This document shows positions 1-11,170 of a stretch of DNA of 64,000 nt, piece by piece. Every line of letters begins with the position of its first letter. Position 1 is the stretch's first letter. A program made the position numbers and the translations under genes. The notes beneath the pieces are model-generated. The model did no database searches, was not told the DNA's origin, and worked only from the letters and a program-made list of their open reading frames with translations. Source of the stretch: Podarcis melisellensis (Eukaryota); NCBI GenBank assembly GCA_964234715.1, contig OZ174280.1; one strand, given 5' to 3'.

Positions 1-292
1 TGGTGTAGTGGTTGAGAGCGGTAGACTCGTAATCTGGGGAACCGGGTTCGCGTCTCCGCTCCTCCACATGCAGCTGTTGGGTGACCTTGGGCTAGTCACA
101 CTTCTCTGAAGTCTCTCAGCCCCACTCACCTCACAGAGTGTTTGTTGTGGGGGAGGAAGGGAAAGGAGAATGTTAGCCGCTTTGAGACACCTTCGGATAG
201 TGATAAAAGTGGGATATCAAATCCAAATTCCTCCTCCTCCTCCTCCTCCTCCTCTTCTTCTTCTTCTTCTTCTTCTTCTTCTTCTTCTTCTT
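1..292 (+). mobile_element. tRNA-derived SINE (Squam3-type) with (TCC)n(TTC)n tail; 5' end clipped by the window edge
   Basis: Pol III A box TGGTGTAGTGG, B-box-like GGTTCGCGTC, ~230-nt body and CTT-type tail. A highly similar inverted copy lies at 57450-57708. Confidence 0.85.
229..292. repeat. (TCC)n-(TTC)n microsatellite (SINE tail)
   Basis: Directly visible; it produces the poly-E run in ORF 126..545. Confidence 0.95.
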
Positions 293-3022
293 CAAAGAGA
301 TGTGAGTAACTTTTCCTAATCCAGACGAAATAGTTATGCAAGAAATGTGCTCTAGTCAGCTGGAACTTGTTTCTGTGAAGCAGGCCTTTTTCTGCTGTAT
401 CTTGGAAGAGGCCGAGACTTTGACTTTCCTGCACAGCACAGTGCCAAGCTTCCTGCACTTTGCCCCTCCTCCCTTCATTAAGTGCAGGTGATGTGCTCTG
501 TTCAGAAGCTAGGAGAGTAGCAGATCCCCACCTATGCTGTTGCAAGGGCCACTACTGCATTCTGTTTGCATAATGACCAGCCAGATGCCTATGGAAAGCC
601 CAGGTCTGGATGTAATGCCAAACCATGGTTTGGTGTAATGTTTCAATCAGCTTTAGGCTTAAGTCCTATACACATTTATCTTGGAATCAGTCTCATTGAA
701 CGTACTGAGGGTTAGTTCTGAGTATAGGATTTCAAATATAGGATTTCACTCCATTTCAGATGGGTCTGTTTTGTGTTTTATTTTATGTAGTGGCATTTTC
801 TTTTTCAGCTGAATGGTCAAGGAAACAAAGAAAATAATTTTTGAATCATATATCTAATTTTTGTTTAAACCCACTAGTAAATTTTGTGATGCAATAATGT
901 GAAGAATAACACATTTGTTTGTGCCAGTTTTGGTAGCATACAATACTTTGGTTACTGCTCCGGGGAGATTTTTATTGGAAGAGCTCTAGTAATCAGAATT
1001 GAATGTTCTTGCCTTAAGCAACTCTGCCCTTTGTTATTAAATGCTGAATTTACCTTATAATTAGAAGATGAAGTTTAAGCTCCACCCCTCCTCCTGAATG
1101 CTACAGTTACAGAGGAGGCTGTTAGATTTCTTCCTGACTTTTCTAAATGTGATTCTAGAGCTCCAGCTGGCTGTCAGATGGGATTTCTGAAATATCTTTC
1201 TCTTCACAACAAACTGGTGGGAAGGAAGTGAACAAGCAGTGCGACAGCGGGATGCATACAGTACATAGAGGTGTTCAAGGCATGAGCTTTCCTGGTCAAT
1301 TATTCATATAGGATACTGGAGCATAGGGGGTCTGCTTTGAAATAGGCAGGGGTCTCTAGACTACTTGAGGGGGCCTTCAGCATTCATCATTCATGTCTTG
1401 TAATGTTATATGTGAGGAATGTGGGTGGAAGTTCTTTGTGTTTGTCTCTTGCAGTCTGTTTGAAGCAGGTGTCCTGAAACGGGATTTGGAAAATGTACAG
1501 GGTATCAGATAATTGGAAATAGTGGCCAGACGTCAAATGCTGGCAGAATACTGAAGTTTGTACTAGCCTTCAAGCCAGCTTGCGTTTCTTTTTTCAGAGT
1601 TTCTGTATATGGCCAGTTCTTGGTATGCTAGTACTTATTTTCTTTAGTTGCTGAAAGTCAAGAGGAGCTCTGTCATTTAATTTCCAAATTGTTTGCTCAT
1701 TCTTGCTTTGTAAGTGATCTGATAAATATATACTAAACGTGAGTCCATCACTTGTTGAGAAAATCTTTGCACATGCAAAGTTAATAAACCTTCTATGAGA
1801 GATGGTTAATTTTATCTCTTTTCCACATGGAAACTAAATCTGAAATGATGAAGATACCAAGTACCTAGTGGCTTTAAGAAATATATGGTGCTACATTGGT
1901 TGAATTAAAATGTTAGTCAAAACCATGGTTTGGAAGACTGGGAACAAGCCACGGGCCTTGAGTCCTCTCTTCTCATTCCTTGCTTTCCTCATTCATGTGT
2001 ACAGATTATGGACAGCGGATTAGTATTTTTCCATTTAGAATTATCACCATTCTTATTACTATTGAGAGATGAGCAATTATTTCCCGAATTTTTGGCTTCA
2101 GTATGGGATAGATTCTAATTAAGGCATATGCCAAGTTGCTATTATGCCCATAGTTTTTTAGACAGTTGTAGAAAATGCAGGTCTTGTTAGCATCTACTCT
2201 GCCACATCTACATTGACTGCTGTAGCCAAGGGCATACATCTCATTTAATCTTAAAATACCAATGGTTCTCGGCTGTGTAGAAGCTTTGTCTCAGAATTAA
2301 GTATTATTTTGGGGGAAATGTTGCTATAACCCTGTATTGCATTGCATTGCATTATGGTGTTGAAAGAGTCATGGGCTATATTACTGAGGGTAGATGGCTA
2401 TTAGAAAGTTTAAATGAATGTAAATGGTACTTTTAAGATTTGTGCGAATTAAAGCCAGCAAGTTCTTGGGAAAATAATTTCATATACTCAATATTTTTAA
2501 TTTTATTCTATTTAAATTAGTTATTTTATGCCATTTATTTGGTATAGCTTGTTCTGAGTTTTTATAATTGAGGTCATGTGTTATAGAGCAGTGGATTTTC
2601 TAAACATAGTGATCTAGGAATGAGTTGGCTTCCTATGGACTCTGATAGCATCTAAGAATAGCATTTATAGACCAATGCTTGGAGGAGCAACCCCTGATTT
2701 ATTTATTTATTTCTCGCATACAGACAGTTACTCAGAATTTTTTCCTGTTGTTAGCTGTTTTTTCACAGACTGTTACTCAGAAATGTATCGTGTTCATTTA
2801 AATGGAACTTAATTCCATGCAAGAGACATAAAATTGTGATGTTGCTGTTGCTGATAAGAGTGCCTACATAATATGCATGTTAGGAAGGGAACAGATGTGC
2901 TGCTTGATATTTTATGTCTGTGTGTATTAGGTTCAGAGGGTTCAGTAAACAAACTAGAAAATGCAAGGCTCAAACTGGTTTCTTTCCCCCAGGTATTATA
3001 AAAGAGACAACCCTATATGAAG

Positions 3023-3137
3023 ATGGGACTGCTGGTGTACATGCGTAACCTGCTACTAGCCCTCTGTCTCTTTCTGGTGCTGGGCTTTCTGTATTATTCA
3101 GCTTGGAAACTGCATCTTCTCCGATGGGAGGATTCAA
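3023..3137 (+). CDS. ST3GAL3: ST3GAL3 first coding exon (exon spans 2993-3137, with 5'UTR 2993-3022); cytoplasmic tail and type II signal-anchor
   Basis: Translates as MGLLVYMRNLLLALCLFLVLGFLYYSAWKLHLLRWEDS, nearly identical to the recalled human ST3GAL3 N-terminus (MGLLVFVRNLLLALCLFLVLGFLYYSAWKLHLLQWEEDS). Acceptor ttctttcccccAG at 2991-2992, strong Kozak aagATGg, donor GTAAGT at 3138, phase 1. Confidence 0.96.
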
Positions 3138-6100
3138 GTAAGTATGTTGCTCGGGCCATTTAAGAGCCTCCATAGATGTATGGCTAAGTAATCTTTCATA
3201 GATTTCAGGTCTGCCTGCTGTGGAACAGCCTAGAACATGTCCAAACAATTGTTTGATCCTTTCCTGTGCTGTAGAGATCAAATGTATCTTCCTTTTAATG
3301 TTGTTATTCCCTAGATCAATTAATTGGAAAATTATTAAATGAACTGTAGATTCCTGTTGCATTTACATAGGTATTTTGTCTATAGATGTGATAGTTATTT
3401 ATGTTACTACTGTTGGGTGAGCCACTGAGACATGTGTGAAGATTTATTACTATTGTTATTACGGTGGTGGTGATGGCTCTTTATTTCTTTATCTTTTATA
3501 CAAGCAGAAGCATGTTGTTTCCATTTATTTTCTTTATCCTCCATTAGATATGACTTACTGGTAAAGGCATTCATTTTGGGGGATGGTTTTGTCCTGGTTC
3601 TGCAATGGATCTGTATGTTTTCATTGTGTCCAGTACATACCAGGACACAACTGAATGAAGAATCCAACACATATACAAAATGCAGTCATTGTGCTGGTAT
3701 TTGCACAGAGTGAGATGCAACTTCAACGCCTTGCTTACTGGTGTATTTGGGCTTTGGTTACTCAGGTGGAACCAATTCTAGTTTAGTCCCTATTTAAATA
3801 GCTGAAGATGATTTGTTTCTCCAGTGCTTTATTAAACAAAAAAAGCAATCCAAATGTTGTTGCTTTCATTATTATTTGGTTCAATTCATGATGCAATTGA
3901 TGGTGTGCAAATTATGAAGGATAATCTGGGGTTCTCCTTAGTTTGGGCACACATCTCCTTTCTATCTCTTATTGGCTCCTTCCTGACATTTTAAACATCT
4001 TGTTTTGACAGGGTGAAACTACAAGTTCCCTGCTTCTCTTCCACATAAGTCTTCCTGCTATATGCATGTTATTGGATATTCATTTTAGTTTTTTGCAGCT
4101 TGGTTACTATATGAGCAAGCTACCATGGTGTGCTCAGTGTGAAAGGCAGTGTTCAGTGTGACAGGAAAGAGCAAGGCAATTTAAGATAAATCTGGGGTGA
4201 TGGGTTTTGCACATCTTGCTGCAGGGGTGGAGAAACTTTTTTGGCTGTGGTGGAATGCTGTCAGCTGCTTCATGCAAACAGTGGTGGTGGTTAGACACAA
4301 CCACATATTCTGGTGATGGTGGTAAACAGATGTACACATGGACACATCCAAACCGACTTGCTAGAATCAAGCTTGGAGTCAATGGGAGGGATTTTTATCC
4401 AAGTCTGAAGGTGGCATGGGGGGCTTTTTCAGCTATAAATGTTAACCCTTCACTTCCCCCATTTGATTCCCCCATATGGCCCTGTGTACCACATTTAGGC
4501 TTGGAAAAATATTTGCTGGTTTCAAAGGGAGGTTTGCGGTGCTGGGAATTGAGGGGAGGCTGCAGGCCTGATGGGGAGGTACCATGGGCTGTATTTGACC
4601 CATAGCCTGGCAGTTACCTAATTGTGGCCTGCTTTGTCATTTTCTATTACCATGTTTCCTGGCAGCACCAAAACAGTTACTGGGGTGTTTCAGAGTACCT
4701 AAAGTGAATACATTATTCACTCCCAAACCCTCCTAAATTGACCTTTGCATCTGATGTGGTTTAGGAGCTTTTATTATATTTGCAATAAAATGTGCTGTGT
4801 GTTTAGGAAAGGGTTGTGGTAGTGTCTTGATATTTGTCTGTCACTTGGCTTTATTACTATGGCATACTTACTTCGTTGTTAAGATAACAGTAAAGTATAT
4901 TGTTGTAATGGTTGCAAATATTTAACTTCCTGTATATAACCATCTACTACACCTCATTGACTCTTGGAAACCACCATGGTTATTGTGAGATGAGTCTTTG
5001 AGACAGCAGTCTGCTTATTTGCTTTATGGAAGTTAAAAAATGGTAAGTACATCTATAGAAAAATAGGAGTTGAAGTACACTGGAGAACAAATGCATTTGA
5101 AGTACAGTGGAATAACATCCCACATCTGATGCATGCTTACATGGAAAATAGTCCCACTTAGTTCAATGGAACTTAATTCTAGGCATGTAAGGCTTTGGAT
5201 TGCAGCCAAAGTATCCTGACAAATGTCATAACTACAATGAGGTCAGCTGGGAAGTAAAATGTAGTAGTACAGTTGGTGTGATGCCTGATCAGTGGTAAAA
5301 ATAGTGTCTCTAATAATGCTCCTTAAGCATAGGGTGTGCAATTATAGTTGGACCATTTGGCTCCAGTAGTGCTCAGCTTGTAGTTCAAACTTTGAAGGGA
5401 TAGCTTTGTTTGTAAATGAAATAGCCTATTTTATTTTTATTTACTTATTTAATAAATGTGTATACCTCTCTTCATCCATAGATCTCAGGGCAGTTCACTG
5501 CATTTTAGTTCATTCAGTGGAAGATAATAAAGCACATGCTTCTGAAATAAATTGGACCTCAATGCTTAACTTTTCCCAGATCGTTTCTAATGTTTTTCTC
5601 CTTTGCGTGTAACCACAAATTTGTATATGTGTATATATATATACCTGCTAACCTAAGTTAACATTTCAGGCATATTTCTAATTCCTCTAGTCTATGAAAT
5701 CTTATACCACAAGCTTGTTAATCTTTAAAATGCCAAAAGACTCCTTGTTATTTCTGTACATATATGTATTGCCTACAACTTGCACTTAGTGTCTTGTTAT
5801 GTCAGAAGCATAAATCCACTCCATTTCTGCTATCTGTTTTTTGCTGTCATTTTTGGAGGGCATGATACCATTGACCAACTCTCTTTCATTTGAACAGCAC
5901 TTTTTTGCAGTTGCACAGTTGCCTAGTAACTGTAGATGATGATACAGAGTGGGGAAGATCTTGGCTTTTGCTTTTTTTTTAAGCACAGAAAATAAACAGA
6001 GTAAAAGCAGATATTCTATGTGCTGTATTCTGTTGTCATGGACTTGGAATACAGGATCATGGCATGTTTACCCTTCACACACAAAATTATGAAGTGTTTG

Positions 6101-6622
6101 CTTGCAGATGGAAACTTCTGTGTCTGATCAGGGGAAACAGGTAGTCAATTCAAGCTCCCCCCCTCAATATCACCTGTTTTACCTAGACTGCCTTTCAACT
6201 CTTCTTCTTCCTGTATTTGCATTTTCTGATGTTCAGTCGTAGGTGTTAAATTCCTTCCTGCTTTTTCTGTCTCTTACCCCTTATTTCAGACAAGTGGAAC
6301 ATCTGGGCTGATCTTACACAGTATGACATGTTCCTGGACTGCCTGATCAATATTGCTATTACCAGTTTTGATGAAGGCAATATCGAAATCTCATAAACAA
6401 ACAAGCAAATTAATGAGATAAGTTAGTGACTAGAACTGCACAGTTTCTAGATAGGACTTTTCAGCAAATCTTTAGCCAACAAGCTCATGTAAATAAATTC
6501 TTTAGTCAAACAGGCAAACATTTAACATTTGAAAAGCTGCCCATTGCAAAGGCTTGAATTCAAAAACGTAAGCACAAAGAACTATTATAAAACAAGACAC
6601 ACTCCCCCCAAATAACCATAGT

Positions 6623-6858
6623 TGGGCAATAGCTTTTATTTGGACCAACTAAAATGTCACAAAAATTATCATCTGTACCTTGAAATTGAGCCTACGAGTT
6701 GACCTCATAGCTACTACATTAGCCTAATTTCTGTCCCCTTTTATCTTGTCCCCCCGGTTCTTTGTGTAACATCGTGCTTCACGAAGAGTTCTGGAGAACT
6801 CTAAAGCTTGCCACACTTTTGTGACATTTTGGTTGGTCCCAAGAAAAGGTATTGCCCA
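6623..6858. mobile_element. Penelope-like relic with inverted terminal segments
   Basis: 42-nt inverted repeat (6623-6664 and 6817-6858, 4 mismatches). The right arm is preceded by gaaGAGTTCTggAGAACTCtaaagctt, a decayed hammerhead stem II. Confidence 0.65.
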
Positions 6859-7169
6859 CCTGTTGAAGACACACTGAGTTCATAGTTTTATCAAACACGG
6901 GGAGGGTAAAGATTGTGAAGCACTTTGTAAACGGAAGGCGATATAAATAGTAGTAGTGACAGCAGTAGTAGCAGAAGCCCAAATGTTTAAGTGGAAGGGA
7001 TTTAATTGGTGTCTTAAATGCATCAAGAGTGCATAGGAACATACTGGTTTCCTAAGAATTATTGCATTTGAATATTATAACAGGTATAATAAAGGAAATA
7101 AACCTTAACAAAATATATATTCCCCAAAGAAATGGGTAAGGTCTTGTTTTTAAATAATTGTACTGAACC

Positions 7170-7365
7170 TGTGAAGTTGCCTTATATGATGCCACAGTAT
7201 TGATTCATCTAGCCCTCTAGCCCATCTGGTAGCAGCTATCCATGACTTGAGGCAGAGGTACTTCCCAACCCTGCCATCCGAAATCCTTGTAAGTCAAAAT
7301 GCCAAGGACTGGGTTTGGGTTCTACTTACATGCAAGACACGTCGGCTACCAATGAGCTTTGGTCC
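7170..7365 (-). mobile_element. Old tRNA-head/CR1-tail SINE (Squam2-like), degenerate
   Basis: gaagttgccttat...catctagccc...atgccaaggactgggtttggg...catgcaagacacg...ctaccaatgagct; a related fragment lies at ~45500-45640. Confidence 0.5.
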
Positions 7366-9829
7366 CTTAGTACTTGGTAGCTGAGTCCTTAGCATTAGGC
7401 AAGTTGTGTGATGTTTGTTTTTCAAGGGAGAAGTTGAACAGCATGTGTGGGCAGACATATGCAGCACTGTACCTTGGCTGATTCTGCTTTGGCTGGACAC
7501 CTACCAGTATGTATCAAATCATGACATCTGCTCTCTCTCAGCCTTGGAATATCCTTACCGACTTATCTCAAATTTCCTGACAAATGCTGCAACCCTGAAC
7601 CCACAGAAACCTGTAAGTGACTGTTGAAGCCATTCAGTAGACAGATTTTAGTCCATGCCTGCTTCCTGCTGAAGCATAAAATTACGTTCTTACTCATTTC
7701 TTCCTGCTGCTGTTGTCACTGGCTTTTCTCCAATGGTTGTACTGCAAAAATAGTTGGTAGCAGGAAAGCACTAGATGCAATTCTTATCTGTTTCCCGTCT
7801 GTCTGTTTCTATGGGAACAGAAATTAGGTGCATGAGCAAATAGACTCACTCAGCTGCTCCTGGTAGGTTGTGGTTCACTTCCATTTTTATGGTTGCAAGC
7901 TCTGTTGAAAGATAATCTGAACTTGAGTTCCAGGAAAAAGAGTTTTAAGACTGTTAAGTTTCCAGGGTTCCTGCTGATAATGCAGGAGGTTTGAAGTAAT
8001 GTTTGTGCCGGTCATATGTTTGACACTTTCTTACCACCCCCCCCCCACCATTTAGTTATTTGTGAGCCTTGATTTTCTTCTAGCAGGTATGTTGCTTATC
8101 TCTAGGACCTGAAAGGGGATTCTGAGACACCATATTCACAATCTTCGTTATATAAATAGTTAGAAAGTGTTTCTCAAGTACACATTGCATAAGCTTAAGT
8201 TATGCATTTATAACTCTGAAACTATCAAAAGTGTGCAACTTAGTAAACGTAGTATAAATTTCTTTTAAGTATACACCATTATGCTGCATGGAATTGTTGG
8301 CATAAGTGTTGGAGTAGTGAGTTGTAACCATTGCCACAAATCTGCACAACTACAAAGTTGAATGCAGGGCATTAGCCATGTATTATATATTTGATACCTT
8401 CATCCTCCTGCTTTTGCAGTCCAGACAAAAAGCAATGACAAGGTGTTCTTGCGACTACAAGATAGTCTTAGGTTTGGACTGGTGGCTTATAAGTTGGAAA
8501 GGCCTGTATTAAAATGTAGTCTGATTGCAAGCTGTTGGTTGTCTTCTGTCTTCTGTCCGCAGCATGTGGATAATTTTGGTGCTCTAATTTGAAAGGCTGC
8601 CTGGCATTTTAGCCGAATTAGGTTGTTGAATTGTTCTCTCCTTGCATGAGTGCTGGTGCATGAGGTTAGAGCAGGGCTGAGCTTGCTGGCCCCACCCCAT
8701 GCTCATGGAAGATACTCAGTAATGTGAGGCTGATCAAGATGCTGCCAGAATTCCTAACTGAAGAAAATACAAATGCATCGTCTCTGCCATGAGTCCTCAC
8801 TGGCCCAGGACTCACTCTTCCATGCAACCTCACTGCAGCAAAAAGTTGTATCTAGAACTGTATGTGCAACACTTGCAACATGTATGTGATCAAGTACAAA
8901 TTACCTTGATAAAATCAGGGGAGTGATAACAGCTCAAGAGCATCTAGTAAGTCCTAACCAAACCACATGGGATCAAGGAGAGCATGAGTGAAGTTTCTTT
9001 CATGCAACAAGGCTTTCCCTTGCATCTGTTCCACTGTAGTCAATTCCACTCCCCTACATGTAAGGGACCCTCTAGGTTGGTAGGGGATGTGATGCGGGAG
9101 CTGATGCTGGAGGATAGAGATTGAGGACGCCACCCCACCGCCTGCAGCAGCAGAACTGTATTTTGCTTGTGAAAGAAATCATTTGGATCATAACCATTAT
9201 CTTGGATGTGTGGTTCATTTCTTGAAAGGCAGCCTTGGTTTGTTAGGGTGCTATTTATCAGAAGTGACTGTATTCCCACATGGCTGACTAAGCTTTGCTT
9301 GTGCTAGTTTTCTTCTAATTGTATTTCAGCTCTTGCAGGCTGAAGCATCATGACTTACACACAGCCTTGTTGGAAGGGGAGCTACATTGTTCTCCTGCAA
9401 ATAACAAAACTGAATTACTTTAATAAAAGGCTTTATTTGCTAAATAACTTGGAGGTTAAGAAGTCTAAAATAGCGGTGTTGGACTAATTATTGTAGTGTT
9501 CTTGTCTCTAGCCAATTCTTTCAAATAATTGCAGCTCTCTATTTTTTTAAGAAAGAATTGCCTTACTGCAAGCTACATTGCTCCCACTTTACATTTTTGA
9601 AAGTTTTTGGCAGCTAGTCTCTTTCTTTTTGAACATTTGCTTACATTTCGTTATTGAATTAAGCAGAAGTTTAGTCATTCACTAGTTTTGCGGCACACTG
9701 CCTACTCATATAAAATATAAGTATAATAAGCCGTAAGATGCCAGAAAAGCAATACAGAATGATCATTCAAATGACTGTCTCTTCTTAAGAAAAAATTAAA
9801 CAACCATACAGTCCTGTTGGCATAAGAAG

Positions 9830-10760
9830 ATCTTCAGAAGATGCCTGACCATTAGCAGCAAGGATGCCTGCCAAATCTCGGCTGAAAGTACTTCTCAGCA
9901 TGTGTACCAACAACCCTAGATGCCTAACTTCTACCTGCAGCTAGTCAGATTTCTGAAACTAGGGACAACTAACAGCACTCCTCCATATTATCTTGGTGAT
10001 GGAGCATGGAATATAGGGCTCATGCTGCCAATGAGATATCCTGGACCCAGATTGTTCAGGTTTTTGTATATTAATACAAAAATATTGAGCTTGGACTGGT
10101 AGCCTATGGGCATCCAGTGCAGATGTTTTAGCCAACAGCATGTGACACCTCTGCTGTCTTCCTCTGTTAGCATGCTGCACTAGCTGAAGCTTTTGGACCA
10201 AGCCAAAGGGCAGGTCCACATAGAGCGTGGGTAGGCAAACTTAGGACCTGGGGCCGGATCTGGCCCAATTGCCTTCTAAATCTGGCCCGCAGACAGCCCG
10301 GGAATCAGCATGTTTTTACATGAGTAGAATTTGCCCTTTTATTTAAAATGCATCTCTGGGTTATTTGTGGGCCTGCCTGGTGTTTTTACATGAGTAGAAT
10401 GTGTGCTTTTATTTAAAATGCATCTCTGGGATATTTGTGGGGCATAGGAATTTGTTCCTTTTGTCCCCCCTTCAAAATATAGTCTGGCCCCCAAATAAGG
10501 TCTGAGGGACAGTTTGCTAATAGAGCATATTGCAGTAAGGCAGTCTCAAGGTTGCTAATACATCGACTGTAGTGGCCAGACTATCCTGATGATGCACACG
10601 CAGCTGTTCCTGGAGTACAAGACAAAGCTGGTAAAAGGCACTCCTAGCCACAGAGGTCACTTGGGCATCTAATGACAAACATGTATTGATGAATGCCCCC
10701 AAGCTACATACCTGCTCCTTCAGAGGGAACGCAACCTTTCCAGAACAAGCAATTGGTCTA
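9830..10760 (-). mobile_element. L2 (CR1/L2 clade) LINE 3' fragment, interrupted by a hAT MITE
   Basis: ORF pieces SLDAQVTSVARSAFYQL...RLPYCNMLY, (V)DLPFGLVQKLQLVQ and HLHWMPI...IYKNLNNLGPGYL match the L2 ORF2 C-terminus. Boundaries are approximate. Confidence 0.85.
10226..10519 (+). mobile_element. hAT-family MITE, right end partly deleted
   Basis: Same family as 23435-23755: starts C(G/A)TGGGTAGGCAAACT and carries the internal ~70-bp tandem duplication. Flanked by ACATAGAG and a degenerate AATAGAG. Confidence 0.85.
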
Positions 10761-11170
10761 TCTTCAAGGCCTTAAATGAAAGCTGTTGTTGTTGTTGTTT
10801 TTTACAAAGCTTTAAGTCTCTATGCTTTAAGTAAGCCGCAGTAAGTAAGCCATAGTTGGAGTAGTTTCTTTGAAATCAGTAGATTTCAGTTACTTTTGAC
10901 CATTGATTTCAGTGGGTCTACTTTGAGTATGGCTCATGTTGGATATGAAAGCCTGCCGTTTGCTTTTTCTGTGCTGTGTTGCAGAATCATGGCACACACA
11001 ATATCAGTCTCATTAAGCAATCTTTTAAAGCCCTTTGTAAAGTGGAAAAAGCTTAATGTTCAGTGTCTCAAAGTAGCTATTTGTTACCACTTGAGGGCAG
11101 TAGATTTCCTTTTTTGGCATTCTCTAAAAATTCTGTTTAATCCTGATTCCTCCTCTGTGGATGGAACATA

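Noticed and set aside
1-70. tRNA gene (also at 43490 and the other SINE heads)
   Set aside because: The A and B boxes belong to tRNA-derived SINE heads followed by a SINE body and tail; there is no complete cloverleaf.
126-545. 139-aa ORF with a poly-Glu tract
   Set aside because: The poly-E is the antisense of the SINE (TTC/TCC)n tail; the rest is SINE body and flank.
2970-3362. 130-aa minus-strand ORF
   Set aside because: It is the antisense shadow of ST3GAL3 exon 2 plus intron and has no recognisable protein features.
10310-10440. CRISPR-like or satellite array (repeated ~70-bp unit, also at 23520-23650)
   Set aside because: Only two adjacent copies without unique spacers, internal to a hAT MITE in a vertebrate intron.
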